DNA of 64,000 nucleotides from an uncultured delta proteobacterium (GTDB lineage: Bacteria; Myxococcota; Myxococcia; Myxococcales; Anaeromyxobacteraceae), in NCBI GenBank assembly GCA_963828255.1, contig CAWHDZ010000038.1, positions 37,207-101,206 of the forward strand, written 5' to 3'. The position numbers were made by a program, and so were the translations under genes. Numbering within the stretch: position 1 is the stretch's first letter; each line of letters opens with the position of its first letter. The notes under the pieces were generated by a model. It was not told the origin of the DNA, did not search any database, and saw nothing but the letters and a program-made list of their open reading frames with translations. Of this stretch, positions 33,483 to 46,688 are shown piece by piece.

Positions 33483-34499
33483 TTAGCTGGCCGCCGGCTC
33501 GGAGGCGGGGGGGACGACGACCTCGCCCTTGCGGAGCACCTCGACGTTCGCGCTGGCTGCGCCGCGGTCCTCGCGGGGCTCGCGACGGGGTCCGCGGCGG
33601 GGTCCGCGCCGATCGCCACGCTTGTCGCCGCGCTCGCTGGCGGCGTCGCGCTCGTTCTGCTCGGCCTGCTCGTCGTGGCCGCCGTGCTCGGCGACCCAGG
33701 CGCCGTGACGCGCCTTGCCCTCGATGCAGGCCTCGGCGACCTTCGAGGTGAAGAGCCGGATGGAGCGGATGGCGTCGTCGTTGCCCGGGATGGTGAAGTC
33801 GATGCCCTCGGGGTCGCAGTTGGTGTCCACCACCGCCACCACCGGGATGCCGAGCCGGTTGGCCTCGTGGATGGCGATGTACTCCTTCTTCGTGTCGATC
33901 ACGAAGAGGGCGGCCGGCAGCCGCGAGAGGTCCTTGATGCCGCCCAGGTTCTTCTCGAGCTTCTCGCGCTCGCGCTCGAGCGAGGCGACCTCCTTCTTGG
34001 GGAGCCGCTCGTAGGTGCCGTCGGCCTTCATCTTCTCGATGGTCTTGAGCCGGTCGATGCCGGTCTTCACCGTCTTGAAGTTGGTGAGCGTGCCGCCCAG
34101 CCAGCGGTTGGTCACGTAGTACATGCCGGACCGGCTGGCCTCCTCGCGGATGGCGTCCTGGGCCTGCTTCTTCGTGCCCACGAAGAGCACGGTGCCGCCC
34201 TTGGCCACCACGTCGTTGACGAAGCGGAAGGCGGTGCGGGCCAGCCCGACCGTCTTCTGCAGGTCGATGATGTAGATGCCGTTGCGGGCGCCGAAGATGT
34301 ACGGCTTCATCTTCGGGTTCCAGCGCTTGGTCTGGTGGCCGAAGTGGACGCCCGCCTCGAGCAGCTGCTTCATCGTGATGGCCGAGCCGCTCGACTGGAG
34401 CGCCGTGGCCATCGTGTCTGCGGGAGGGGCGGGGGGTGCGACGGGTGCGGGGGCTGCTGCGGTCTCGACGGACGGGTCCTGCGGAATCTCGTTTTCCAT
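33483..34499 (-). CDS. rpsB: 30S ribosomal protein S2 with N- and C-terminal extensions
   Basis: [44 protein letters not shown]. Confidence 0.97.
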   Translation of the reverse strand: MENEIPQDPSVETAAAPAPVAPPAPPADTMATALQSSGSAITMKQLLEAGVHFGHQTKRWNPKMKPYIFGARNGIYIIDLQKTVGLARTAFRFVNDVVAKGGTVLFVGTKKQAQDAIREEASRSGMYYVTNRWLGGTLTNFKTVKTGIDRLKTIEKMKADGTYERLPKKEVASLEREREKLEKNLGGIKDLSRLPAALFVIDTKKEYIAIHEANRLGIPVVAVVDTNCDPEGIDFTIPGNDDAIRSIRLFTSKVAEACIEGKARHGAWVAEHGGHDEQAEQNERDAASERGDKRGDRRGPRRGPRREPREDRGAASANVEVLRKGEVVVPPASEPAAS

Positions 34500-34595
34500 G
34501 TGTGTCTCCGGTTGTGTCCTCCACCTCTCCGCTTCACGCCGGATCCCTTCGCGCGAGACGCGCGACCGGAGGAGCCGACCGGGAGGTGTGCGAAT
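34500..34595 (-). promoter_or_regulatory. rpsB 5' leader (candidate S2 autoregulatory structure)
   Basis: Minus strand CACACCTC-CCG...GAGGTG-GAGG-ACACAACC pattern resembling rpsB leaders, with internal hairpins. Confidence 0.5.
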
Positions 34596-34722
34596 TTACG
34601 GCGGGCAGATGACTAACACGGCGCGGCGCGCGCCGCAACGCCGCGGAACGGCGAGAGGAATCCCGAACCGGGGCGTTGCGCCGGGACCATCCCCGAGTGT
34701 ATCTCCACCCCCGGGAGGTCGC

Positions 34723-35177
34723 ATGCCGCTCGAGATCGGAAGGAAGGCGCCGGACTTCACGCTCCTCGACCAGGACGGGAAGAATGTCAAGCTGTCGGAG
34801 TTCAAGGGGAAACGGGTCGTGGTCTTCTTCTACCCCAAGGCCATGACCCCTGGTTGCAGCCAGGAGGCGAGCGACTTCCGTGATGAGGTCGCGGCATTCC
34901 GAAGAAGAAGGTCGCGATCCTGGGCATCTCGAAGGACCGCCCGCCGACCCAGAAGAAGTTCGAGGCGAAGTTCCAGCTGCCGTTCCGGCTCCTCTCCGAC
35001 CCCGACGCCGAGATGCAGAAGGCCTGGGGCGTCTGGGGCGAGAAGAACATGTACGGGAAGAAGGTCTTCGGGACGATGCGAACCACGGTGATCGTCGGCC
35101 CCGATGGAAAGGTGGCGAAGGTGTTCTCGAAGGTGAAGGTCGCCGGCCACGTGGCCGAGGTCCTGGAGGCCCTGTAG
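34723..35177 (+). CDS. bcp: peroxiredoxin Bcp/PrxQ (1-Cys type); frameshift near 34900
   Basis: [24 protein letters not shown]; after a 1-nt shift [26 protein letters not shown]. Confidence 0.85.
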
Positions 35178-35245
35178 CCCGCGATCACCACCGCGGCGCG
35201 GGGTCGCCCCGGGCCTTCGCGCGCCGCCCGCTGCGCGACGACCTC

Positions 35246-36517
35246 GTGGACGCCGCGGTCCTCGAGGTGCTGGGCCTTGTTCGCGAGCAGGCCTGGCTCG
35301 CCGACCGGGCGCTCGAGGTGGTTCTGCGCCGGCAGAAGCGGCTCTACTCGGTGGAGCGGCGTGCCGCCGCCGAGGCCGTCTACGGCGTCATCCGGGCCCA
35401 GGGACGCATCGAGTGGCTCCTGGGGCGCCGGGCGGCCATCGCCGAGCTCTACGCGGCCGCCCTGGCGAGCCCAGGGGGCATCCCGCAGGGCGACGCCGAG
35501 CGTCGCCTCGGCCTGCAGCGGGGGGCGCTCGCCCCGCTCTCCGGAGCCGAGGCCCGCATCCAGGCCATCGAGGATCCGGTGGCGCGGCTCGGCGTCGAGG
35601 GGTCGCTCCCGCCCTGGCTCGCCGAGCGGCTGGTCGCCGAGGTGGGGCTCGACGAGGCGCGCGCCTTCTCGGCCGCGGTGAACGTCCGTGCGCCGCTCAC
35701 GGTGCGGGCCAACCTCCTCAAGGGAACCCGGGAGGACCTCCGGATCCGGCTCGAGGAGGAGGGGGTCGAGTCGAAGGAGACACCCCTCTCCCCCTGGGGG
35801 CTCGTGCTCGACGGCCACGCCAACGCCTTCGGCCTCGACGCCTTCAAGGGAGGGCTCTTCGAGGTGCAGGACGAGGGGAGCCAGCTCATCGCGCTCGCCT
35901 GCGGAGCCCGCTCCGGGATGAAGGTGGTGGACGCCTGCGCCGGCGCGGGGGGCAAGAGCCTGGCGCTGGCCGCGGAGATGCGAAACCGCGGCGTGCTGCT
36001 CGCCCTCGACGTGGACGCCGACCGGCTCGACGAGGCGCGCCGCCGGGCCAGGCGGGCCGGCGTGGACAACCTCCGCACCAAGGCGCTGCCGCCGGGAGCC
36101 GAGGCCGACGCCGCGCTGCGCGAGGAGGAGGGCAAGGCCGACGTGGTCCTCGTGGACGCCCCCTGCAGCGGGCTGGGAACGCTTCGCCGCAAGCCCGACG
36201 CCCGCTGGCGGCTCGGGCCCGCCGACCCGGGGCGCTTCGCCGAGACGCAGCGCGGGCTGGTGCAGCGCTTCTCACGCCTGGTGAAGCCGGGGGGGCGGCT
36301 GGTCTACGCCACCTGCTCGGTGGCCCGCGTCGAGAACGAGGAGGTCGCCGCGAGCGCCGCGGCGCTGCCCGGCTTCGCTCCGGCGCCGCTCGAGAAGACG
36401 CTGGGCGCCGGCGTCGCGCGCGCGGCCGGCGCCACCGGGAACGAGCTGCGGCTCTGGCCACACCGGCACGGGACCGACGGCTTCTTCGTGGCCGCCTTCG
36501 AGCGGCGCAAGGACTGA
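35246..36517 (+). CDS. RsmB/NOP2-family RNA m5C methyltransferase (start uncertain)
   Basis: QDEGSQL, DACAGAGGK, DAPCSG.G, YATCS...ENE, TDGFF. Confidence 0.88.
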   Translation: MDAAVLEVLGLVREQAWLADRALEVVLRRQKRLYSVERRAAAEAVYGVIRAQGRIEWLLGRRAAIAELYAAALASPGGIPQGDAERRLGLQRGALAPLSGAEARIQAIEDPVARLGVEGSLPPWLAERLVAEVGLDEARAFSAAVNVRAPLTVRANLLKGTREDLRIRLEEEGVESKETPLSPWGLVLDGHANAFGLDAFKGGLFEVQDEGSQLIALACGARSGMKVVDACAGAGGKSLALAAEMRNRGVLLALDVDADRLDEARRRARRAGVDNLRTKALPPGAEADAALREEEGKADVVLVDAPCSGLGTLRRKPDARWRLGPADPGRFAETQRGLVQRFSRLVKPGGRLVYATCSVARVENEEVAASAAALPGFAPAPLEKTLGAGVARAAGATGNELRLWPHRHGTDGFFVAAFERRKD

Positions 36518-36524
36518 AGGGCCC

Positions 36525-37391
36525 GTGCCGGAACTCCCCGAGGTCGAGATCGCCGCGCGGAACATGCGGGCCTGGGCGGAGGGGAAGCGGATCGTCCGGG
36601 TCGAGACCGATCCCAGGGCGGTCCGCATCTTCCGCCCCGGCGACCGGGCCGCCTTCGCCCGGGCCCTCTCCGGCGCGCGCCTCACCCGGGTGGACCGTCG
36701 CGGCAAGCACCTGCTCGTCACGCTCGAGGACCGGCGCGGCCGCAAGGTGGGTCTCTGGTCGCACCTCGGCATGACCGGCAAGTGGGTGCTGCGGGAGCCC
36801 TCCGACCCCCCGCCCTCCCACGCGCGGGTCCGGCTCGACCTCGACGACGGCCGCGTCCTCCTCTACCTCGACCCGCGCCTCTTCGGCAGGCAGCGCCTCG
36901 TCCCCGGCGCCGACTTCGCCGCGCTGCCGGAGGTGGCGGCGCTCGGCCCCGACCCGGTCCACGACGGCATCGACCCCGGGCTGCTCGCCGGCCGTCTCGG
37001 CGCCACCCGGAGGGCCGTGAAGGTGGCGCTCCTCGACCAGTCGGTCCTGGCCGGGGTCGGGAACATCCACGCCAGCGAGTCGCTCTTCGCCGCGCGCATC
37101 GACCCGCGGCGGCGGGGAGGCGAGCTCTCCCTGGCCGAGGTCCGGGCGCTGGCGCGGGCCATCGCGGCCTCGCTCCGGCGCGGGATCGAGATGCAGGAGG
37201 GGCCGGAGATCGCCTACGTCGAGGAGCCGGGAGCGCCGAACCCGTTCCGCGTCTACGCGAGGGATCGCGAGCGCTGCCCGCGCTGCCGCGAGGCCGAGAT
37301 CCAGCGCATCGTGCAGGCCCAGCGCTCGACGTTCTTCTGCCCCCTCTGCCAGGGGAGGCGCGTCGCGGGCCGGCGGCCTCGGCGTACGTGA
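36525..37391 (+). CDS. mutM: formamidopyrimidine-DNA glycosylase (Fpg/Nei)
   Basis: MPELPEVE, RRGK, HLGMTG, DPRLFG, LLDQ..AGVGN, C-terminal zinc finger. Confidence 0.93.
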   Translation: MPELPEVEIAARNMRAWAEGKRIVRVETDPRAVRIFRPGDRAAFARALSGARLTRVDRRGKHLLVTLEDRRGRKVGLWSHLGMTGKWVLREPSDPPPSHARVRLDLDDGRVLLYLDPRLFGRQRLVPGADFAALPEVAALGPDPVHDGIDPGLLAGRLGATRRAVKVALLDQSVLAGVGNIHASESLFAARIDPRRRGGELSLAEVRALARAIAASLRRGIEMQEGPEIAYVEEPGAPNPFRVYARDRERCPRCREAEIQRIVQAQRSTFFCPLCQGRRVAGRRPRRT

Positions 37392-37426
37392 CGGGCCGCG
37401 CCCCCGTCGGCTACCATCGCGCCTCG

Positions 37427-38254
37427 ATGCGCCCCGACGAACTCGCCGCGACGCCGGTCGCGGAGCTCCGCGCCCGCTACCTGGACGAGGGGCGGCCGCT
37501 GCCCGCCGGCGCGGAGGCCGCTCTCGCCGCCGACGCACGCGCCGGCGCGCGCTCCGTGCTCGCCGCCGTGCGCCGCCGCCGCAAGGCCAACCGGGCCGAG
37601 GGGCAGCGTCTGCGGAACCTGCTCCGGTACGAGAACCGGCTCTGGGAGCGCGGGGTGACCCTCGTCGCCGGCGTGGACGAGGCCGGAATGGCCCCGCTGG
37701 CCGGGCCCGTCGTGGCGGCGGCCTGCATCCTCCCCCGCGACTACCGGCCCCGCGGAGTGGACGACTCGAAGCAGCTCGACGCGGCGGAGCGGGAGCGGCT
37801 CGCCGAGGACATCAAGAGGAACGCCATCTGCTGGGCGGTGGGGCGGGCCGAGGTGGGGGAGATCGACCGGCTCAACATCTACTGGGCCGGCATCCTGTCC
37901 CTGCGCCGGGCCGTCCTCGGGCTCGAACAGCGCCCCCAGCACCTGCTCATCGACGCGCGCCGCATCCGCGACCTCGACATCCCGCAGGACGGGATCGTCC
38001 ACGGGGACGCGCTCTCCCTGACCATCGCCGCGGCCAGCATCCTCGCCAAGACCACCCGGGACGCGCTCATGGCCCGCATGGACGAGGAGTACCCGGGCTA
38101 CGGCTTCGCCCGGCACAAGGGATACCCCACCCCGGACCACGTCGCGGCGCTCCGCGAGCGGGGCGCCTGCCCCATCCACCGGCGCTCCTTCGGACCGGTC
38201 CGGGAGGTGCTCGGGCTGGACGCCGAGCAGGTGGAGATGTTCCAGGAACGTTGA
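37427..38254 (+). CDS. rnhB: ribonuclease HII with N-terminal extension
   Basis: [35 protein letters not shown]. Confidence 0.92.
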   Translation: MRPDELAATPVAELRARYLDEGRPLPAGAEAALAADARAGARSVLAAVRRRRKANRAEGQRLRNLLRYENRLWERGVTLVAGVDEAGMAPLAGPVVAAACILPRDYRPRGVDDSKQLDAAERERLAEDIKRNAICWAVGRAEVGEIDRLNIYWAGILSLRRAVLGLEQRPQHLLIDARRIRDLDIPQDGIVHGDALSLTIAAASILAKTTRDALMARMDEEYPGYGFARHKGYPTPDHVAALRERGACPIHRRSFGPVREVLGLDAEQVEMFQER

Positions 38255-38372
38255 CGCGGCCCGTATCCCGGCATAAGTACTGGCCACAAAGGAAATGCCC
38301 GACGGCGAAGGTGCGTCTCGCGGGCCCGGTGGATGAGCCCCGGGCGAGGCGCCCCCCGACTCCGGCGATAAA

Positions 38373-40121
38373 ATGGAAGAAAACCAGAACCGAGCCCAAG
38401 AGCAGCAGGCGCAGCACCCCCACGACAACCAGAGCCACGGCGACGCGAAGCCTTCGGGCAGCGCGGGTGGCGATCGCACGCCCGGCAAGCGCCGGCGCAG
38501 GTCCCGCCGCGGGCGCGGAGGCGCCGGAGCGCCCGGCGAGGCGAGGGAGTCCCGGGAACCGAGAGACGCCTCCGGGTCGAAGGTCATCCGGGAGATTCCC
38601 GCCACACGCGAGGAACGGAACCGGCCGGAGCGCCACGGCGAGGGCCGGCACCGGCAGGAACGCGGGCGCGACGGCCACGAGGACGGGCGGCGGGGCTCAC
38701 CGCCCCCCCGCGGGCTCGCCCTCGACCCGGAGATGCCGAATCCCGACCGGGAGCCGGAGATCCCGATCGACCGGCTCGACCGCGACGCGGTGAAGGTCAT
38801 CGCCCGGCTCCGCGCGGTGGGGCACAAGGCCTACTTCGTGGGCGGCTGCGTGCGCGACGCCCTGCTCGGGCGCACGCCCAAGGACTTCGACCTGGCCACC
38901 GACGCCCACCCGGGCGAGGTGCGCGCCATCTTCCGCAACTGCCGGCTCATCGGGCGCCGGTTCCGGCTGGCCCACGTCTTCTTCCGCGACGGCAAGATCA
39001 TCGAGGTCGCGACGTTCCGGCAGAACCCGGTGGACGTCGGCGACGACGTCCCCAGCGACGCCGACCTGCTCATCACCCGCGACAACGTCTTCGGCACCGC
39101 CGAGGAGGACGCGCGCCGCCGCGACTTCACCGTGAACGGCCTCTTCTACGACCCGTTCCAGGGCGAGGTCATCGACTACGTGGGCGGGCGCGCCGACCTC
39201 GATGCCCACCGCATCTCCACCATCGGCGACCCCGAGATCCGCATGCGCGAGGACCCGGTGCGGGCCCTGCGGGCGATCCGCTTCGCCTCCCGGCTGGGGT
39301 TCACCATCGAGCCCGAGGTCTTCGAGGCCATGCGGCGGAACGCCTCCGAGCTGGCGCGCTGCGCCCCTCCCCGCGTCCTGGAGGAGACCTTCAAGATCCT
39401 GCGCTGCACCGGGGCGAGCCGCGCCTTCGAGCTGCTCCGCTCCGCCGGGCTCCTCCAGGTCACGCTGCCGGCCCTCTCCCGGGCCCTCGACGCCGGGGGG
39501 CAGGAGGCGCGGGCCCGCTTCCACGCCCACCTCTCCGCGCTCGACGGGCTGGTCCGCGAGGGCGAGCCGGTCTCCGACGCCATGCTCCTCGGCGCGCTGC
39601 TCATCCACCTCCGGTCCGACAAGGAAGGGGACCCGGCGGCCGACCTGATGCTGGCCGAGCTGGTCCAGACCGCGCGGTTGCCCCGCAAGATGGCGGAGCG
39701 CACCCGCATGGCCATGCAGGCCCAGAAGCTCTTCCACGGCCCCCCGCGCCGCAGGCGCCGGGGCGGACTGGCCGGCCAGTCCTACTTCACCGACGCGCTC
39801 CAGATCCTCGAGGTGACCGTGAAGGCCACCGGGCAGGGCGCCGAGGCCCTCGCTCGCTGGAAGGCGGAGGCGGAGGCGCAGCCCGGCCGTGGGGAAGGCG
39901 GCGAGGAGATCGAGCCGTCGCTGCTCGCCGAGGCGCCCGGTGACGCCGCACCCGAGACTCCGGGTGCACCGGCCCGGGCCGGCGCGGCGCCCGACGGTCC
40001 GGACGCCGAGGGCGAGGAAGCCCGCCGCCGCCGCCGCGGTGGACGCCGCCGCCGCCGCCGCGGAAGGGGAGGAGGCGGAGCCCCGCAGGCCTCTCCGCCC
40101 GCCACTTCGGGAGCCCCGTAG
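38373..40121 (+). CDS. pcnB: poly(A) polymerase I family nucleotidyltransferase
   Basis: VGGCVRD, PKDFD, LIGRRFRLAHV (PAP signature), RRDFTVN, EDPVR; Arg-rich ends. Confidence 0.88.
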   Translation: MEENQNRAQEQQAQHPHDNQSHGDAKPSGSAGGDRTPGKRRRRSRRGRGGAGAPGEARESREPRDASGSKVIREIPATREERNRPERHGEGRHRQERGRDGHEDGRRGSPPPRGLALDPEMPNPDREPEIPIDRLDRDAVKVIARLRAVGHKAYFVGGCVRDALLGRTPKDFDLATDAHPGEVRAIFRNCRLIGRRFRLAHVFFRDGKIIEVATFRQNPVDVGDDVPSDADLLITRDNVFGTAEEDARRRDFTVNGLFYDPFQGEVIDYVGGRADLDAHRISTIGDPEIRMREDPVRALRAIRFASRLGFTIEPEVFEAMRRNASELARCAPPRVLEETFKILRCTGASRAFELLRSAGLLQVTLPALSRALDAGGQEARARFHAHLSALDGLVREGEPVSDAMLLGALLIHLRSDKEGDPAADLMLAELVQTARLPRKMAERTRMAMQAQKLFHGPPRRRRRGGLAGQSYFTDALQILEVTVKATGQGAEALARWKAEAEAQPGRGEGGEEIEPSLLAEAPGDAAPETPGAPARAGAAPDGPDAEGEEARRRRRGGRRRRRRGRGGGGAPQASPPATSGAP

Positions 40122-40931
<810 letters not shown>

Positions 40932-40961
40932 CCACGCGCCGACCCCGCCGCCGGAGGGCAC

Positions 40962-41525
40962 ATGAGCGTCTCGGACGACATCCTGAAGGACCTCAACGAG
41001 CGGATCGCCAGGACCATCGACTCGTTCAAGGGCGATCTGCAGGCCATCCGCACCGGCCGCGCCAACCTGCACGTGCTCGACGCGGTCCGCATCGACTACT
41101 ACGGCCAGATGACCCCGCTGGCCCAGGTGGGGACGCTGGCGGTGGCCGACGCCCGGCTCATCACGGTGAAGCCCTGGGAGAAGAACCTCATCCCCCAGAT
41201 CGAGAAGGCCATCCGCGACGCCAACCTGGGCCTGAACCCCCAGTCCGACAAGGACATCGTCCGCATCCCCATCCCCCCGCTCACCGAGGAGCGGCGCAAG
41301 GAGATCGTGAAGCAGGTGAAGCACAAGGGGGAGGAGTTCAAGGTCGCGGTGCGCAACGAGCGGCGCGACGCCAAGGAGTTCGTCGAGGCCGCGGAGAAGG
41401 ACGGCGACATCTCCCAGGACGACGCCAAGAAGGCCCTCGAGAAGGTGCAGAAGGCGACCGACGAGGGCGTGAAGAAGATCGACGACGTGGTGTCCGCCAA
41501 GGAAAAGGAAGTGATGCAGATTTGA
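40962..41525 (+). CDS. frr: ribosome recycling factor
   Basis: IRTGRAN, LGLNP, PPLTEERRKE, VRNERR, KEKE. Confidence 0.97.
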   Translation: MSVSDDILKDLNERIARTIDSFKGDLQAIRTGRANLHVLDAVRIDYYGQMTPLAQVGTLAVADARLITVKPWEKNLIPQIEKAIRDANLGLNPQSDKDIVRIPIPPLTEERRKEIVKQVKHKGEEFKVAVRNERRDAKEFVEAAEKDGDISQDDAKKALEKVQKATDEGVKKIDDVVSAKEKEVMQI

Positions 41526-41728
41526 GCGGGCAGCCCGGCCCGAACTACCTGCTGCTCCTCGGCGGCTTCCTGGTCGTCGGGATCCTCGCCGCCACGTTCT
41601 TCGCGCTGGCGGGCAGGACCGACACGCCGCGCTCGCGGCGCCGGGTGTACGGGGTCCTGTGGGTGCTCGTGCTGCTGGTGGGTGGGCCACTGTGGCTCGT
41701 CGCGGCGGCTGGCTTGGGGCTCCTTTGA
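41522..41728 (+). CDS. small two-TM membrane protein
   Basis: TTG overlapping frr stop; 68 aa with two hydrophobic segments around an Arg-rich loop. Confidence 0.6.
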   Translation: MSGQPGPNYLLLLGGFLVVGILAATFFALAGRTDTPRSRRRVYGVLWVLVLLVGGPLWLVAAAGLGLL

Positions 41729-41972
41729 CCCGCGGTGTTTCGCGGGCGACGCCCCTTCTGTGTGCCGGCGCCCGGGGGCTCCTCGTCTCCGCGCCGCTTG
41801 TCCTCGCGCCCCGGGGGACGCGTGGTCGCGGCGACAGGGTGAAGCATCCGCCTCGAAGCCGCTCCTGCTCGGGTTTCTCGATTGTGGCGCTGCGGAGGCG
41901 GCGCCCGACGAGGGCCCCCGGGCGCCTGGCGGAAGGGCGTCGCCGCGAGGCCCGCGGGTGGGAGCCCGGGCC
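41729..41972 (+). repeat. fold-back structured element, divergent copy A
   Basis: Long imperfect inverted repeat (41729-41797 with 41898-41958); shares TCTCC-GCNNCGC-TTGTCCTC, GTGAA, TGCGGAG-GCGNNGC core with copies B and C. Confidence 0.7.
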
Positions 41973-42035
41973 GGCCGCGCGTCCTCGTCGGGTTGGACGC
42001 CGAGGCCCTTGCGCGGCCGACCGCGGGTGACCGCT

Positions 42036-42268
42036 CGGATCTCCCCACGAAGCAGCGTTGATCGGGTCGCCTTCGGCCCGGGCCGTCCTAGCCGGCGCGG
42101 GCGCCACTCCGAGCATCGCCTCCGCAGGAGGCGCCGGGCCCCGGCGCTGCTCGGGCCCGGTGTTCCCCGGCGCCATTCACCCACCGTACGCCCTCGCTCC
42201 GAGGACCAGCGATGCGGAGAGTGACGCCCTGGCGCCCGGCGGCACCCGGCCTGCTGGAACGAAGGCGA
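42036..42268 (-). repeat. fold-back structured element, copy B
   Basis: About 80% identical to 44717-44948 by manual alignment; abuts the tgt stop codon. Confidence 0.9.
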
Positions 42269-44275
<2,007 letters not shown>

Positions 44276-44677
44276 TCAGGCCACCGTCACCTTCTTCACG
44301 CCGCGCTTCTCGAGCCAGGCCCCCACCCGCTCCCGCGTGTCGCCCTGGAGCACCAAGGCCGTCCCCTCGACGACCCCGCCACAGCCGAGACCACGCTTCA
44401 GCTCCCCCAGCCACGTCTCGAGCTCCGCCGCCCGCAGCTCCAGCTTCTCCACCACGGTCACCGTCCTGCCACCTCTCCCCGCCCGCTCCATGCGCACCAC
44501 CGCGCGTGCCGGCGGAAACCTCCCAGACGCCTTCGCCGCCGCAGCAACTTCCCGTCCCCCCGGCGCAGCCGGGCCAGGCGCCGCCGACACCTCGCCCATC
44601 CGCGCCGCCAGCCTCGCCAGCCCCGCGTTGAACGGCGCGACCGGAGCCACGGGCATCACTTTCTCCTTCTTCCCCAT
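44276..44677 (-). CDS. yciH: SUI1/YciH translation initiation factor homolog
   Basis: RAGRGGRTVTVV, LKRGLGCGG, LQGD. Confidence 0.85.
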   Translation of the reverse strand: MGKKEKVMPVAPVAPFNAGLARLAARMGEVSAAPGPAAPGGREVAAAAKASGRFPPARAVVRMERAGRGGRTVTVVEKLELRAAELETWLGELKRGLGCGGVVEGTALVLQGDTRERVGAWLEKRGVKKVTVA

Positions 44678-44716
44678 CCGGCGCGGATGATGCCACGTCC
44701 CCCCGCGAACGGGGCC

Positions 44717-44948
44717 CGGATCTCCCCACGAGGCACGCACGACCGGGTCGCCTTCGGCCCGGGCCGTCCCAGCCGGCGCGGGCGTCCCTCGCAGCGGCGC
44801 CTCCGCAACGGGCGTCGGGAACCGGCGATGCTCTGGCCCGGCGTGACCCGACGCCATTCACTCTAGGTACGCCCTCCCCGTGAGGACAAGCGCCGCGGAG
44901 AGGGATGCCCAGGCGCCGGCGGCAGCCGTCCTGCTGGAACGAAGGCGC
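44717..44948 (-). repeat. fold-back structured element, copy C
   Basis: Direct-repeat homolog of 42036-42268; abuts the nadE stop codon. Confidence 0.9.
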
Positions 44949-46676
44949 TCACGGTCGCCAGCCGTGCGCGATGGGCAACCGCCGCCCCTCCCCGAACGCC
45001 TTTCCGGTCACCTTCAGCACCGGCGCCGCCTGGCGCCGCTTGTACTCGGAGCCGTTGACCATCCGGAGCACGCGCCGGACGAGCTCTTCCGGATGCCCGC
45101 GCCGGACGATGTCGGCGACGGGCAGCCGCTCCTCCACGTACGCGGCCAGGATGTCGTCGAGCACGTCGTAGGGGGGCAGCGAATCCTGGTCCACCTGCCC
45201 GGGCTTCAGCTCCGCGGACGGCGGCTTCGTGAAGGTCCGCTCCGGGATGGACTCCTTCCCGAGGGCGCGGTTGGCGGCGCGGGAGACCCGGTAGACCAGC
45301 GTCTTCGGCAGGTCGCCGATCACCGCCAGCCCACCCGCCATGTCGCCGTAGAGGGTGCAGTACCCGACGGCGAGCTCGCTCTTGTTCCCGGTGGAGAGGA
45401 GCAGCGCGCCGGTCTCGTTGGAGACCGCCATGAGGATCTGGCCGCGGATGCGGGCCTGGACGTTCTGCTCGGTGAGGTCGCCGGGGGCGTGACCGAAGGT
45501 CTCCGAGAGCGAGGCCAGGTAGGCGGCGTGCATCGGCTCGATGAACACCTCGCGGAAGGCGATGCCCAGCCGCTCGGCCAGGATGCGCGCGTCCTCCCGC
45601 GAGTGATCGGAGCTGTACCGGGACGGCATGCCGACGCCGGTCACGCGTCCGGGACCGAGCGCCGCCGCCGCCACCGCCGCGGTGAGCGCGCTGTCGATGC
45701 CGCCCGAGAGGCCGATCACCGCGCTCGTGAACCCGCACTTGCGGACGTAGTCGCGCACCCCGAGGACGAGCGCCCGGAAGACCTCGTCGGCCTGCCCGTC
45801 GGGGGAGGCGTCGGGAGGCGGCGGCACGGGCAGGGCGCGCCCGTCGTGCGAGAGAACCCGGACGGCCGATCCGTCGAGGTCGGCGACCACGAGGGCCTCC
45901 TCGAAGAGCGGGGCGCGGGCCAGGACCCGCCCGTCGGGGCCCACCAGCATCGACCCGCCGTCGAAGACCAGCGAGTCGTTCCCGCCCACCTGGTTCACGT
46001 AGGCCACCGGCGTCCCGTGGGTGCTCGCCGCGGCCGAAAGCATCCGCTCGCGCAGCGCGGCCTTCCCCAGCGCGTAGGGCGACGCCGAGACGTTGAGGAC
46101 CAGCTCCGCGCCTCCGGCCACCAGGTCGGCGATGGGGTCGCGATCGTAGCGGGGACGGTCCCAGAAGCGCTTGTCGTTCCAGATGTCCTCGCAGACCGAG
46201 AGGCCGAGCACGAGCCCCACCGACCCCGCGCGGGCCGACGTGCTCGACGACGACGGCAGGAAGTAGCGGGTCTCGTCGAAGACGTCGTAGGTGGGGAGCA
46301 GCGACTTCCGCCCCACCGCGGCGAGGCGCCCCTCGTCCACCAGCGCGACGGAGTTGTGGAGCCCCGGCGGCGGAGCGCCCGCCTCCTTCTCGGGGAATCC
46401 GAAGGCCACCGCGATGCCCCGAGACCAGTCGCCCGGCCGGGCCAGGTCCTCGACCGCGGCGGCGCATCGGTCCACGAACTCCGGCATGTCGAGGAAGTCG
46501 CGGGGTGGGTAGCCGCAGATGGCCAGCTCGGGGAAGACCACCAGCCGCGCCCCCGCGTCCCGGGCCAGCGCGGTGAAGGCGCGGATCCGTTCCGCGTTGC
46601 CGCCGAGGTCCCCGACGGTGGTGTCGATCTGCGCGAGTGCGATCCGCTTCGCCGGCACGGGCGCGAATGGTAGCAT
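44949..46676 (-). CDS. nadE: glutamine-dependent NAD+ synthetase (start 46676 or GTG 46658)
   Basis: Nitrilase-like domain (FPEL..GYPP.D, CEDIW) plus GLSGGIDSA, NKSE..VGYCTLYGD, PPSAEL, EYKRRQ. Confidence 0.95.
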   Translation of the reverse strand: MLPFAPVPAKRIALAQIDTTVGDLGGNAERIRAFTALARDAGARLVVFPELAICGYPPRDFLDMPEFVDRCAAAVEDLARPGDWSRGIAVAFGFPEKEAGAPPPGLHNSVALVDEGRLAAVGRKSLLPTYDVFDETRYFLPSSSSTSARAGSVGLVLGLSVCEDIWNDKRFWDRPRYDRDPIADLVAGGAELVLNVSASPYALGKAALRERMLSAAASTHGTPVAYVNQVGGNDSLVFDGGSMLVGPDGRVLARAPLFEEALVVADLDGSAVRVLSHDGRALPVPPPPDASPDGQADEVFRALVLGVRDYVRKCGFTSAVIGLSGGIDSALTAAVAAAALGPGRVTGVGMPSRYSSDHSREDARILAERLGIAFREVFIEPMHAAYLASLSETFGHAPGDLTEQNVQARIRGQILMAVSNETGALLLSTGNKSELAVGYCTLYGDMAGGLAVIGDLPKTLVYRVSRAANRALGKESIPERTFTKPPSAELKPGQVDQDSLPPYDVLDDILAAYVEERLPVADIVRRGHPEELVRRVLRMVNGSEYKRRQAAPVLKVTGKAFGEGRRLPIAHGWRP

Positions 46677-46688
46677 CCCGGTCCGGTC

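Noticed and set aside
42036..42268. 6S RNA (rod-like, ~200 nt)
   Set aside because: Three copies abutting stop codons, with a branched cap instead of a central bubble and no visible promoter.
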